Assembly (NCBI GenBank): GCA_951406725.2
Contig: OX597814.1
Span: forward strand, 38,378,001 to 38,442,000
Origin: Octopus vulgaris
Taxonomy: Eukaryota
Reading direction: 5' to 3'
DNA length: 64,000 bases
This document shows positions 13,061 to 28,144 of this stretch, piece by piece (positions within the stretch are counted from its first letter, which is position 1; every line of letters begins with the position of its first letter). The notes beneath the pieces were generated by a model, which saw nothing but the letters and a program-made list of their open reading frames with translations, did not search any database and was not told where the DNA came from. Made by a program: the position numbers and the translations under genes.

Positions 13061-14607
13061 CTATATATATATATATATATATATATACAACATTTGATTC
13101 GACCCTCGTCTGCATGGTGTAAGTATGCACGTAGATATGAGTGGGTACATACATAAATACATAGACATGCGATTATATTTGTCTGTGTGTGTCTGTATAT
13201 AGGGATGGATTAGAGGGCTTTGTTTATGAGTTGCTTTCTTAATTTCACCGGAGTATACGTACTTTTAATGGTGATACAAAAAAATTATATAAACAACTTA
13301 AATTTTAATAACAATCTCGAACAAATTTTCCGATAAGCAAGTAATCATATTTATATCCTACAGCGAACTACAAAACGTTTGCTTCGCCTGCCATCATTGA
13401 CAGACGTTGAAAAGAGTTATCAAGTTGTGTGAAATATTGTCTATATGTATTTCCTTTTGTTCACATTCTTTTCCCCTGTCATGATTATTATTTGAATAAT
13501 TATTTATTTAGTCATATGCAAATTTTACTCGTGTACGTTTGGAGTAGACATCGATGAAGTCTGCTTTTAACTGTCAAATACGTAGGCTTCAAATCATCTT
13601 CTAGTCAAACACGAAGCTTGATTCAGTTCAATTAAAAAGCATGGGTAAGCAACGCATTGTAAGCTACACTATGATTTCATAAAAAAATTATCTGCGCGCA
13701 GCGTATACATCACCCCCTCCGATGCCTTTGTTTTCTTCACTATATTTATACTGATAAATGTAAAAATATGAATTACAAGAGATGCCTTAAAGAAAATTTA
13801 ACAAATATATTACATTCATTAATTAACCAATAACATGTGCGACCGTGTTTCTGAGGATATATCATTAATCAGAAGTGCTGAAAGACACTTGTTTTAAACT
13901 AGTGTTTTGAAATATTGGACGCTAACATATTACAAACATAGTAACTCTGACATTGTTGTGATATATTCATTTTGGGATAATCCACGTATGAATGTCGGTG
14001 TGAAGTGCTTAAGTACCGATTTCTTTGTTTCAAGCCTGTACAGCTTCAAACGTGATGCTTTTTCTTGAGTGCAAAAGAATCAATAACATCCGTATGTATT
14101 TCTACAGATAGAATTGATCTAAATTTATGGAGATATTAATCAATAGTTTTCAGATAATTCATAACATATTTAGATCTATACAAGTAATATCTTATATAGG
14201 TAATTATGTTCTGTGAATCTAAGAGTGTGACATCATTTATCTAAGTAATATGAATAAAAAATATTAGTAATATTTGATACGGTAAGTAGCGCACACGAGA
14301 CTTTCTATTATTTAGTTAAGTTAGAGTGGAATTTTCACAGAATTTGTTTTGTCAGACAGAGTGCTTCATTTAATTTCTTCCGCCATTTAACCTTCCAGCA
14401 TTGCCAAGGTCAAATCTGGATGTCATTATTTCCAGTTCGGTACAATAAAATACCTGTCGATAAAAAATTCACATCATTTTAAATCTGCAATGGAACCTCG
14501 CAATAACAATTTATGCCCTTCATTTTCACATAAATATTAATTAATTACTGGTGCCTAATTTCATGACTGATATCATGTAAGACATTAAACATCATTAGGA
14601 ATACTGG

Positions 14608-14747
14608 ATCTTAGTTCAAATTCCGCCAAGTCTACTTTACTTTTTATACTTTCCGGGTCGATAAAATAAGCAGTTTAGCATTGGGTGTCAATGTAGTCGA
14701 CTTACACCGTTTCCGGAGATTGCTGCACTTGTGCAAAAATTTGAAAC
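14608..14747 (+). mobile_element. Diverged SINE family C fragment
   Basis: agttcaaattccgcc...ctttccgggtcgataaaataag...gtcaatgtagtcgactta. Confidence 0.6.
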
Positions 14748-14911
14748 TTATATTAATTCAGACAATTTAGATATGATTAAACTCTTAGCACATACGATAT
14801 AACGAAGATATTTTTGCTAAGAGGAGTACATTGTAATAGTTTTTACCTGTAGACATCTAATTGAATAATTAGTTTTAATTTCGTAATGCACTCTATAATC
14901 TCTGTTTTATA

Positions 14912-15243
14912 TTTTATTTATTTTTATTTATTTATACGCCCCTTTTCAAGCCTAGCCAGGCTAATGGGCCCGGTTTCCCGGTCTCTATGGCGTATGTAGT
15001 CCCCCCCCACCAGCTAGACGGGACGCCAGACCCTCGCAGCGTTACTCAAGAAACAGGAAGAAAGAGTGAGACAAAGTTGGGCGAAAGAGTACAACAGAGG
15101 TCGCCACCATACCCCTACTGAATCCTCGTGGAGCGTTAGATGGTTTCGTTCAATAAACTCACACAACGCCCGGTCTGGGAATCTAAACCGAGATCCTCCG
15201 ACCGCGAGGCCGCTGCCCTAACCACTGGGCCATTGCGCCTCCA
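14912..15243 (-). mobile_element. SINE family B, alternative tail type 2
   Basis: Same tRNA-like head and body as 8743 up to cttcctgtttct, then an unrelated 3' part and an (AAAT)n-like tail. Probable TSD ctct(g/t)ttttata at 14900-14911 and 15246-15257. Confidence 0.85.
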
Positions 15244-17644
15244 AACTCTTTTTTATAGGTATGTATATTCATATCTGAATAAGGAGAAATATATAAATTC
15301 GCTACTAAGATGGTAAGTATTTATTTCTAATCACTGGAATATATTGCCGAAACAAAAAAATTGCTTGAATTTAGATAAAAATACATACTAACTAATAGAA
15401 ATTATTTACTGATTATCAAAGATTATCATTTCAACTTATGTTAATTCCCCATTTTGTTTAATCTATATGTGCGAGATTAATGTAATTTTTTATCACGTAC
15501 ACTAATTTGAATTGTACTGCAGGCAGAAAAATTATCTTTTATATATAGAGTGATTTATAAATGTAGAGGCACCCGTTTTTTGTTCTAGAAAATTAAGATG
15601 TTATTTGATACATACTGTTCATTTTTCATTCCAAATTCTCTAAATAGGAGGACAATAATCATTGAATTAAAATTGCATATGACACGGTTCTTGAATGAAG
15701 CATTAAATATTGTGCACTTGAAGCATTTCCAAATACAGCATTGGCCTCTATATATGCTGCAGTTCCACACAACCGCTTCTATATTCTTATGTGTCATATT
15801 CCTCAATGCAGCTCTAAAAAGACTAATATTAGAAAATATTAGGTGTGCAATGATTCAATATTTAGTTGTATGTCCAATAAGAGTATTTCAATCATTATCT
15901 CCCTACTTGCCGTATTCAGGCCTCATAATTTGAATATGTACATTGAATGAAATTTAAATTTAACCTCTTTTAAATATCGTATGCTCGTGCGTAAATATTA
16001 TAAATCATTATTAAATAATCTTGGCGGTTCACGGTAAAAATTGATAGTGCTTGGCAAAATTTCTTCGGAATAAGATATAGTTTTTGAAATAAAGGTTGTG
16101 TCGATGTTTGAAATAAATTTTTAGAAAAATCAGATATAATTGAGTAATCAAGCAAATGTAGGTGCAGTGTAAACGATTGACGAACTTCGCTTTTAAATTT
16201 CGAGATTTTTTTCTCTATTCGATATTGATAAATCAATAACTGTGTAATTTATCATTTATATTGTTCCCTATATCTTAATACATTCCGGACGTAATAGATT
16301 TATATTATTATAAAATAGTGGATAAAGAATACTTTGTAATGTAGGCACAATTTGAAAGAATTTTTTCAAAGAGATATTTGATAATATTGACAGTTACCTA
16401 CTTATATTAAGAATCCAAAATGCGCTCGCGGGGACATAATAAAATGTTTTAAACGAATATCGCAAATATTCTCTACCGCGCTGTAAAATCTATGTCATTC
16501 GCTGAAGCCATAATGCCAGAAATATTAATTATAGCTATCGGTATAACACTTCTAAAATCTGACATATTCGTTTTCCATATACTACAAAAACGAGAGTCAC
16601 TTCTGTATGATTGTGTGTTAATCAATATAAAGAATCGATTTATGTTACATATTTTATTATATTAATGCATTTAATTATTTTAGAAGGACCAACTTTTTTG
16701 TTAATAATGAAATATAATGAAAGACTTCCGTTTAAAAGGCAGCATAGTTTCTTAAGAAATCAACAATCCTAAATAACAATCAACAATCTGAAACATATGA
16801 GATCTTTAATATAACAGTCATGAATGTGATCGATGAACAATATGCATATGTTTTCTCAGTATAAACTTTGACAGGTTTGTTTTCAAATCAATCGGTATAT
16901 TAATTATCAATTATCTGGAAACCTGGCTGTGCATGTTGTCTACAGTTATTCATGGCTCAAATCAATAGATTCCGTTCTATATTAGATCATATTTAATGTC
17001 TCAATGCATAACAGTTTAGAACAAAATTAACATACATATGGAAGTAAGTTCACAATGTATGTATGTATATGTTTTTGTGTGTGTGTGTGTATGTATACAC
17101 GTCTGTGTATATATGTTCTAACTGTAGCATGTGTTGTAATATTTAAAAATAATAAATACGCGCATTTTTCGTGAAAGTGAAGTGTGGCATTTTAATTAAT
17201 TCTAAACAACATTAATATTTATTTCACGGGACTTCTCATCCAATAAGAAGAAAGCACATATTACAACATATTCCATATTTCATCTCTGTAAGATCGATAT
17301 AACGGACATCAATAATATCCATGACTGAAATAATACGACTAAACCACTTTCTCTCAAATATCATTTTTGTGTGTCTCTGAAACAAAGCAATTATCTAAAA
17401 GCATCCGCTGAAATCATTATTAAAAGAATTTTCATGTATGCATTTAACATTAAAATTGTTATATTGACAATGAAACAATATTATATATATACATGCATTT
17501 ATACATACACACGCAATACATACATGTGTATTCATATTTATTTACTTCTAATAATTCAGCTCTAGATTAAACACTCGTAAATCAATCATTTGAATAAAAA
17601 CTGATAAAAAGCTCAATGAAGACGTTGTACTTTAAGTATGTATG

Positions 17645-18209
<565 letters not shown>

Positions 18210-18219
<10 letters not shown>

Positions 18220-19045
18220 GAGGGCATTATATACTTGCCAGAGGCATTATACATACATGCCAAACGCTAAGAGGGACAATTAGTCATTTCTACCAAAAAT
18301 ATTACTAATCCCACCGAATGCAATTTTCCAAAGTAAGACATTTAAAAAATATATAGACCTGTATCACAGTGATTTCATACCGTACTCATCAGCAGGCCTG
18401 AATGCATTATAAATAAACAACGACCCTGCCCCCTAAGTCGATCAGCTAACTGTTCAACATTCAACGAAGCACATGGGTGAGTTTACATATATTACATCCT
18501 GTCAAATGGCAAACTTTCACGAATTGCATTTCGGAGAGGAAAAGTTTTCGGAATAAAAATTTAGATAAGGACAACTACTTAATAAGGAAAACTTAACAAG
18601 AAATTGTCAGGTAGATACGTAGAACCTATAAGAAAAATTTCGAAAATAATTATTTCTTATTGAACATATTAATTTATATATAGAGGGCATTATATACTTG
18701 CCAGAAGGCATTATACATACATGCAAACGCTAAGAGGGACAATTAGTCATTTCTACCAAAATAACTAATCCCACCGAATGCAATTTTCCAAAGTAAGACA
18801 TTTAAAAAATATATAGACCTGTATCACAGTGATTAATATTTTTTAAACGTCTTACTTTGAAAATTCATTCTAAGTAATATTTTGGTAGAAATGACTAATT
18901 GTCCCTCTTACTTTGCATATGTATAATGCCTTCTGGAATATATAATGCCTCTATATATAAATTAATATGTTCAATAAGTAATTATTTCGAAATTTTTTTT
19001 TAGTTCTTATATCTGACAATTCTTGTTAAGTTTTCCTTATTAAGT
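18210..19045 (-). mobile_element. Non-coding Penelope-pLTR/retrozyme-like element: 463-bp unit, partial direct repeat and inverted arm
   Basis: 18218-18374 is repeated at 18681-18834. 18836-19045 is an inverted, diverged copy of ~18560-18812. Contains a hammerhead and is flanked by (TA)n on both sides. Confidence 0.7.
18355..18399 (-). ncRNA. Minimal type I hammerhead ribozyme (predicted)
   Basis: AGGCCUG-CUGAUGA-GUACGGUAU-GAAA-UCACUGUGA-UA-CAGGUCU: 7-bp stem I, intact catalytic boxes, short stem II (G-U closing pair) and stem III. Predicted cleavage after AUA, between 18362 and 18361. Confidence 0.8.
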
Positions 19046-19061
19046 AGTTGTCTTAATTTAA

Positions 19062-19184
<123 letters not shown>

Positions 19185-19290
19185 ACATTTATGCGTGTGC
19201 ATTTGGATGTATTATGTATGCATATATATATTTCTCTATCGCCTCATCCCCCTCTCTCTTTCTTTCTCTCTGTCCCTATCTAACTATCTT

Positions 19291-19326
<36 letters not shown>

Positions 19327-20744
19327 TATATATATAAAGATATACGAATGTGTGTATATATATATGTGTTTGTGAACACTGAATTCTATAATGACGTATA
19401 GATACATGAGTACCAGTATATATTATTGCATGTATGTATTGAACTATAAGTTCTGTACATAAAGTACCCCTACGGCTGTTTTGCAAGAATGTCTATTTAA
19501 TGCAACAATAAGACTGACTTCTTTTCATCTCTTCCAATCCGTCATTGCTTTTATTTTCATTCGATGTTTTACCGTCACCAAATTTTCGCATGCAATAATT
19601 GTAGAGACATTATAATCGTAGAGCCGTATGGGCGGGAATCCTTCGCAAGCTCTGCTCTCTTGAGACAGAGAACATTTTTACCTCCTCCATTATAACATAT
19701 TTTCACCGCCTGTACTTTTCAGTTATTTCGATTAAATTTTCTAAGAATTTCTTTTCTACACTTGTTCATTTCTATTTCCTTTTACATTGTTCCATACATA
19801 CTAACTTCAAGATTATTGATTTACTCATAAAAGCATCACAAAAATAAGAGACAAAAAAGTCAGCAAAATGCCAAAGGAGTTGTGTAGAAATAGTGAATGA
19901 GAACGAACAAGTATTTTGAAGAGAAAGTTAAGGATATGGAGAAGGAATAGAAAGCGAGTGAGAGGACTGAGAGAGGAGAAGGAATATAATTGCGGGATGG
20001 AAATATCTTAACATCTGAAAATCAAAGTAGCTTTTGTTAGTTAAATAGATATTTTTTTGGTAAATGTAACCACTTCTAAAGAAGTTGAATTTCGATGGTT
20101 TTAGAAATATTATAAACTGTAGTACAAAGACCATTCAATTCAAAATCTAATTCGTTACTTATCAGTAAAAAAATAACAAAATGTAATTCAAGCAATAAAC
20201 TAACTGCAACTTTAACAAAACATATTTGTTTCCGTTTGTTAAATAATTTTTAAAAATCAATTCAATTGGCTGATATTACTAGCGTCATTGCATACGCTAA
20301 AACTAATATTATGTATTTTTGTTTGATTCTATATACGAAAAGGAGGGACGAATTAAAATTATATTCAATATTGTAGTGGAACATTGTTCAGCATATCACA
20401 TCTTCCATTATGTTCAAATCCTGGGTGTTTCTTATTGCAATTTCATAATTCATAGTTAAATAATGAAACACCTAAATGTGTAAATCTCATAAAATATATT
20501 CGTGTATTCTTGGATTTCGTGCCCATATTCCACAAGATATTTTGATTTCTAAAACAGGCACCGAATCAGAAATTGAAGTGGGGAGGTAACACTTAAAGCA
20601 ATAACATGAATACATCGTTCCTGAAATTATGAAAATTAAACCGAAATTTAATAGGATCTGAAATCTTTACGCAAAACGGCAATGTTATTTTTTCTGTTAC
20701 AGTATCATGCTGTAATTGTCAAATTCACCAGCGCGAGTCTTAGG

Positions 20745-20988
20745 TTTGAATACTGCTGAATAAATTTTAGTTCGTATGTCTATTTTAAATCTCAGTAATA
20801 TATAATTAGTAACAAAATGGTTGTGCTTTGACGCATGTATATCAACGAAGAGATTCATGTAATTACTTTGAATACTGCTGAATAAATTTTAGTTCGTATG
20901 TCTATTTTAAATCTCAGTAATATATAATTAGTAACAAAATGGTTGTGCTTTGACGCATGTATATCAACGAAGAGATTCATGTAATTAC
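20745..20988. repeat. Perfect 122-bp tandem duplication
   Basis: 20745-20866 is identical to 20867-20988. Confidence 0.95.
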
Positions 20989-23900
20989 ATACAATATAGA
21001 TATACTACTCTAGAACTTATACACTGTTAATTCTTCTTTTGCAAGATATGTTTTCACAACAAATATCGATGAGGTTTGGCTAAAAGAAGAACCCATTACT
21101 CAATTATAAACTTTCGTTCGTAAATTGTACCAGCAGTTCGAATTGTAGCCTCTGAAGTTGGTGATTTAAAATACAGTTCCCGAAGTACTTGATCCAACAA
21201 ACTTCACACATTTTCATGCAATTGGATGTAACCAAGCTGATCGTATCATTGAAGATGTTGGAAATAGATATAACAGAAACTATTGTAAAGACAATGTTAA
21301 GACTGAAGTTTTTAACTAATATCCGTGTTCCCCATGTTAGAACATAACATTGTTATTTTAATAGATTAGAACATCTCTGAAAGAAGTAATAAATGTTCCA
21401 ATTTTACTTATTTTTCAATGGGAAAATATTACGGTTTCCAGAGACTATATCATGTCAGCAGGGTTAAGAATTTCACTTCGAACTTACATAATAACCTATT
21501 AATTCGATGAATTTTCTTGAGGATGATGAAGCTATCTACTAGAAGTCAAATTATCGCGTTATATGATGTTACAGACGAATTTAATTTGCTCTGAAAAGAA
21601 TTTGCGAGGATGATCAAAGTGATTTATTTTACAGGAGAAGATTAGTTCTGAATTTCTATCCATTATTGACGTCGAGCAGTTTTCATAATATACATAATGC
21701 ATATCAGGCCGGCGTAAACAGAACCGTTTTCAATTAAAATAAGAGGCAAGACTGTCAAACCTCGAGCTCGTGTTTTTGAAATAGGTACAATCAGGCAAGT
21801 GCGCTTAAAGACACGTTCATGCTAGCACGAAACACGAAATGTTTGTGCGCTTTAGAACTTAGAATTCTATGTATGTGTATGCGTTAAATCCATCAGACAC
21901 ATGTATGTATATATATGTATGTATGTACGTATGTATGTGTGGGTGTTGGTGTGTAGACGTGTGTATATGAGCCTGGTTGTGTGTGTGTGTAAGTGTATAT
22001 ATATATATATGTATAATGAATAGGTTTTCATTTACAAATGTATATATGAAGATATCGTAGTCATTTTTTACTGAGATATAATTGATTTTTGTATCTCCTT
22101 GAAGAGAAAATGTGTTGACCCTTTCACGTTTCAAGACCCCCCACTGTCAAAATGAAGTGTTGTTGGAGCGCATAGCTTTCTCTTGTTTTTGGATAGAGGG
22201 TCTGAAACTGTCAACATTAAGATTTGAATTTTAATCATTAGAAATGTATAAGTGAATAGTTTAATTTTGTTTGTGTCTAGTGCATGGTGCTTATGTGTTT
22301 TTATTCATATATATCCATTGAGTAATCGTAAGAAAAATATCTGGCAGATGTTATTTCTCGGGATGAGATTAGTTTTGTATATGTCATACGATATACATAC
22401 GTAAATGCATGCGTAGCATCTACACGCCGGTAGTTTCCAAGTGAAAGAAATAAAACTATCCAATTGCTTATGTAGTTGGCAAATACAGAGACCAACATTT
22501 TGAATAGTTGAAAATAACAAACATTTTCATCTGAATGATTTTTGTCGATGCTAATCTAAATAACTATTTCGACCGCTTCCTCTGGGTTTTTTTATTTAAA
22601 AAAATTCCGTGTCTGTTTTATTCAGGTAATTTTACACATCATTTCCATATTTGTTCCTTACTTCTTTTTTCCACTTCGTATGTCTATGTAATATTTTTGT
22701 AGATTTTTAGCTGGTTATTCATTTTCATGTCCACATGTTAAAACACACGTTGAAATTTCAGCGAATGTGTTTATGTAGGTAAAAATATATTAGTAAATTT
22801 AACCATAAACTATATGAAAAATGATGCCTTAATGCTTGTTACTCGACTCCTTAAAGTAAGTAAATGTATATATTTTATTAGCTTGATAATAAATTTTATG
22901 TTATAGCATACGTTTTCAGAGGGAAGAATTAATAGAATCGTTGCAGGGCTAGAGAAATATTAAAAAAAAAATTTTCCGGCTCCTTTCAATCCCATCCCGG
23001 TGGATTTTCTTCACATCATTTCAGGCAGAGAAAATAAAGGAACATCGCAGTATTGAGATTGATAATAGTCGCCGCCGCCGGTTTTGAGGTATGCGTGTTT
23101 GAAGGAGAATATTTAACGGGAAAAGTAGTGCGAAAAAGAGAATTCGACCTGCTAAAATTAAAGAAGAAAAGAAACTGCCTTTATTTGCAATGGATGCGTG
23201 AATGTAAATGGATTCTAGGTATGAATTTTGGTATGAAGTCTCAATAGGGCTACTGATGATTTGTATTTTGATTGAGGTCGATAGTAATGCACTTCCAACG
23301 TTGTTGGGAATCGGCCTAAATCAGAAATCGTCATAAGGTTGTGTGTGTGCATAAACATGGATCAAAATAAATGTTTGTCTTTATTTTAGATGCACATCTG
23401 AAGTTGAGAAATACGATAAACTTGAATTAACTTCATATGTAATGCGATTTTCTGCTAACATATTCCAGGAATGTAAGACCCTACATGCATTTCTATTGTT
23501 TGAATATTCTCGAGTAAGTATTATAACTTATTTGAAGAAAACATTTCTAGATCATCTTCATTTATAAATTGAAATACATCTTTTAGCAACTAGGTTCTTT
23601 CCTCGGTAAATATCACTTGACATAATTTTCATAGCGTTTCTATCTTTTATATTCGAAATATGAGACTATTTCATCCTAAATCAAGAGATAATGCCAAAAT
23701 ATAGAAGAATATGTATAAATTCTTAATACTAAAGGAAATACAGCGGATGCTAAATTTTGGCCCTCTATAAAATAAGCGATAAAACTGCAAATACAATTTG
23801 TATTAAAATCACAAATAATTATCATTATTTTCCTTCAAAATCAAAGATATAATTTTACAAACACCATCTCTCCCATTATGTTACATATCCGCGAATAACA

Positions 23901-24215
23901 ATCCCAATTTGAATGCATTTAAATAGAGAAAGACCCATGAAAGCAGGAAAAAGACACGCTTGCAGCAAGTGGATGACTAATACGAATATGAAATCAATTG
24001 GTTATCAATTTTTTTGCGAGCGATTGGTGTGTAAGTATGATTAATTTTCTCATAAGATGAGAAAATTGTCACCACTATATTTCACAATCAGTTATCGAGT
24101 GTAATAATCAATATAAAGCGGCCATTATTACTTATAGCTAATAATCAAGTACGTATCAACGTATGAAATAATACGTTGAAAAATATGTGTGCCTGATCAT
24201 ATTCTTATACCTACA

Positions 24216-24402
<187 letters not shown>

Positions 24403-25157
24403 TCAAATATAGATGCATAAGCCATAAAAATAATGCATTTAACCCCCTGCCATTCTTGGGATTACAAATGTTCCGTAGTCATCATCATGGTAAATACTAA
24501 AAACACACTGTATAATATATAATTTAATGCGTCTGTATTGATATGCATGCTAGGCATTATACAATGCAAATATATATTAGCAAATCATCAGATAACCAGG
24601 CACTCATGTTTACAACAATGCTTCATCTCTCAGTCGAATAGATGTCTTGCTTTTCAGCTGCATAAAACCCAGCATTATATTCCGACGTATTGAAACACTA
24701 TGTGGTCTGCTAGCCGGGTCAGTTAGAGGAGCTTTTCTTGATACCACGTGATTCTATGAATCTATATATTACCCTATTGGATCGCAGTGTTTGCTATGCT
24801 ACAAAAATGAGAACACCAGAACACATCAAAATTCATCATATAGTGATAGAGATGAGTTAATTGTGTGCTTTTCCAATAGTAGCATGAATTTGTGGACGCT
24901 TAGAGTACGGAATTGTATTTCGTTTACTTATGCAAAAAGAAATTGTTGGACCTAGAAATATATTGCATTCTCCCGACATAGACAAATATATAACACACTA
25001 CTTAAGCTTATACATGCAATGCCAGTTCATCAAAGTTGTATGGTTGATTAATGATAATGTACATAGCTGCAGCTCACAATCATTTATATCATATCATGTA
25101 AATAAAGTGAGTATTTACATCTAAGCATTCAATATATAACCTTACACAGACACGCAA

Positions 25158-25197
<40 letters not shown>

Positions 25198-26570
25198 GTA
25201 CACAACTATAGGCATGCATATAAATATGTATTTGAATTCATATATAAAAATATATCTTTGACTTTGTGTATGTGGTGAAATTGGTATGCATGTACAATTT
25301 TAGAATTCCTTGTATTACAAAAATATATCAATATTTAGGCTTTAATATCACAAAAAATAAATACATTTCCTGAAATTACCAGTATTATTGAAATGACACA
25401 GTAACCAACACACTCTAATACAGTATCTAGATGTGTATATTTTCGTTCTGGTCGGTATCTACTAATAGTAGCTTCGATAGGAATCTACCGTATGGTTTTA
25501 TTAATATATTCCAAAATGATAGTGTGATGTTTTCAAAGAATTATATGTCTTCTTTAAAAATTATGTAGAGATGCTCCAAAAGTAAGTTGTTATTTGCTTC
25601 CATATATCATTCTTTTATAAGAGACACTACGTTAAATGAGAACATTTAAGAATACATTTCATTTAATCATTTCTCACTACTTCAATTAATTTCCTTTCAG
25701 CTTTATAAATAGTTTCTGGGCTATCATTTTCTTAAGCGTTTATATGAGAATTAATAAATTATATTAAGCTTCTTGTGACCGACCTTCTTATTCTTAGTAT
25801 AGAGCTCCGTCAGTTTCTGCTTCATTAGTGTTATGATTCAGAGTAAACCGTACAGAAAGATACTTTAGATGCTTTTTTATAAACGTTCAAAATTCGAAAT
25901 ATTTTTGTCACACTGCATGAATATACCAATTCATGTTGCCGCAACGAAGAATAGAGATTCGCTAACACCTCCTGCAATGAACCTCGTTAATAGGATTTAC
26001 AAAAAATAAAACATGTGCGATTACTCACAGACCACGAATCACATGGAATCCAATAGTTCGGAAGGATTCGAAATACATAGGCACTGCAAAAGCAAAGGTA
26101 CATAAAAGAGGTGTGGAAAACTGAGTGAAGGCTACCCCATTATACGCTAGGATGCGAGTGATATAGTAAGTTGCTGTATGAAGAGCAATTTATTCTTAAA
26201 GGATCCTATATTCATTTGATAGAAATACAAAGCTACAATCACTTATAATTTTTATATTACTAAAACCTAAATATCATTTGTAAACAAGTTAACGTATAAC
26301 CTACATATTTGAAAAGTGAGCCCTTAATAATTTCACGTTGATCTTCAAACTTGTCGTGAAAAACCTGTAAACATACATCCGTATATTAATAAAGATAATA
26401 AAGATCAATACAATGAAATTATAGGGATATTGTTTGCAGGTTTATGCGCCACTTTCAGATATTCCACGGTATAAATTAAGAAACTATCCTAAATAACAAA
26501 GTACAGCAATAGTGAAATACCCATACCTTTATGTACGATGTGTGTGTGTGTGCGTATATATTTACATATT

Positions 26571-26630
26571 GGCACTCCGTCGGTTAAGATGGAGAAGATG
26601 GCAGTTGATCCGATGAAAGGAATAACATGC
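26571..26630 (-). mobile_element. SINE family B 3'-end fragment
   Basis: gcactccgtcggtta...gttgatccga is the reverse complement of the type 1 tail. Confidence 0.5.
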
Positions 26631-27444
26631 AAAGGAATACTATGGTCTCTAAATAATCTTATTGAATACTTCTTGCACCAACACGTACATCCTTGCAACA
26701 ATGTAACTTTTAATCTAATCATGGTATCCTAGGCCTGAAGAGTAACAAGTGGTATATACCTCACTTGGATGTTACCACTTCTGAGATTCCGCTCACTATG
26801 ATACGTATGTACCCCGGATCTGAGATCAATAATATTTTAATTTGGCCGAGGCAGTCTCTTACAGAGGGTCGTCAAGTCAGCTCAAGGTGAATCACAGAGG
26901 AGCAAAAGACTAACTCGTCGGAAACAAAATTAGAAATTAACGCAAATAACGACACACACACACACACACATACACATACACATACACACATATACACACA
27001 CATACACACACACACACACGGACACATATGTCCATATATACATACATGTAGGTATATACAAACTAATCTATCAATCTTCCAATCAGTTCGGTGAAATTCA
27101 ATTTATTTTTGGGAGTGTAAGTTACTGAGTGTTTTCATGTATGTAAACATGTATGCCATTACACGTTTCATAAACATCATTGAAAGAAGAAAAAGTTCTC
27201 ACGGATATACGCCGGCACATATAGTTTTTATACTCAAAGGGACATTATTCGTGCCTTGAGAATATATATATACATATATATATATTAGAAGAAATGAGGT
27301 ACTCAGAAATTTTGATGGGTTTATATTTACAGATATTTATTTGTATTTTACTTGTTTTTATACATCATATAACTTAGATCATATATTAGCGCTTTCTTCT
27401 ATTCTAGTGGGCTTTTCAAATCGAACTAAATTCCTGTGAAAAAG

Positions 27445-27925
27445 CCTTGAGCATTTTATAGTGTCAAGAGTGTATAGTGGTGAGAGGGATATAAGATAGT
27501 ACAAGAGGGTGATGAATAAAGAGAAAGTGAGAGAGAGAGAGAGAGCATGTATGTGTGTGGGGGGGGTGTTTGTATTTGGAAGAAGTGTTAAAGAAAAAGA
27601 GGGCAAGGGAAAAAGGGAGAGAGGGAAGAAGAAAAAATTTGTTTTCTTGGTATCTATTGTGAAGTTGATAGATGTTGGTCAGGATGTTTACTCCAAGGGC
27701 GAGGGTTATATCTTTGGGAAAGGAATTTAAGTTTTGAACATTTTATAGTGTTATTGAGTGTGTAGCGGCGGGGAGGGATGTAAGATAGTACAAGAGTGTG
27801 ATGAGTGGGAAGAAGGTGAGAGAGAGATTGTGCGTGCGTGCGTGTGTGTGTTCTTTTTGTATCTCGAGGGAGTGTTAGAAAAGCAGAAGTAAAGGAAGGA
27901 AGAGGATGGAAAGTAGACCATATCA
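27445..27925. repeat. Diverged ~290-bp tandem duplication, purine-rich
   Basis: cattttatagtgt..gagtgt..gagggat.taagatagtacaagag.gtgatga occurs at ~27451 and ~27739. Confidence 0.6.
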
Positions 27926-28031
27926 TTGTCTTGTGAGAGTGTGTGTGGGTGTTTAAGGAGGAATGGTCAAGTTGTTAAGAGTAATCAGTGCCACTTTTGT
28001 TTTTATTTATTTGCAACTGTAAATGGTGTTT

Positions 28032-28131
<100 letters not shown>

Positions 28132-28144
28132 TGTGTATGTTAGT

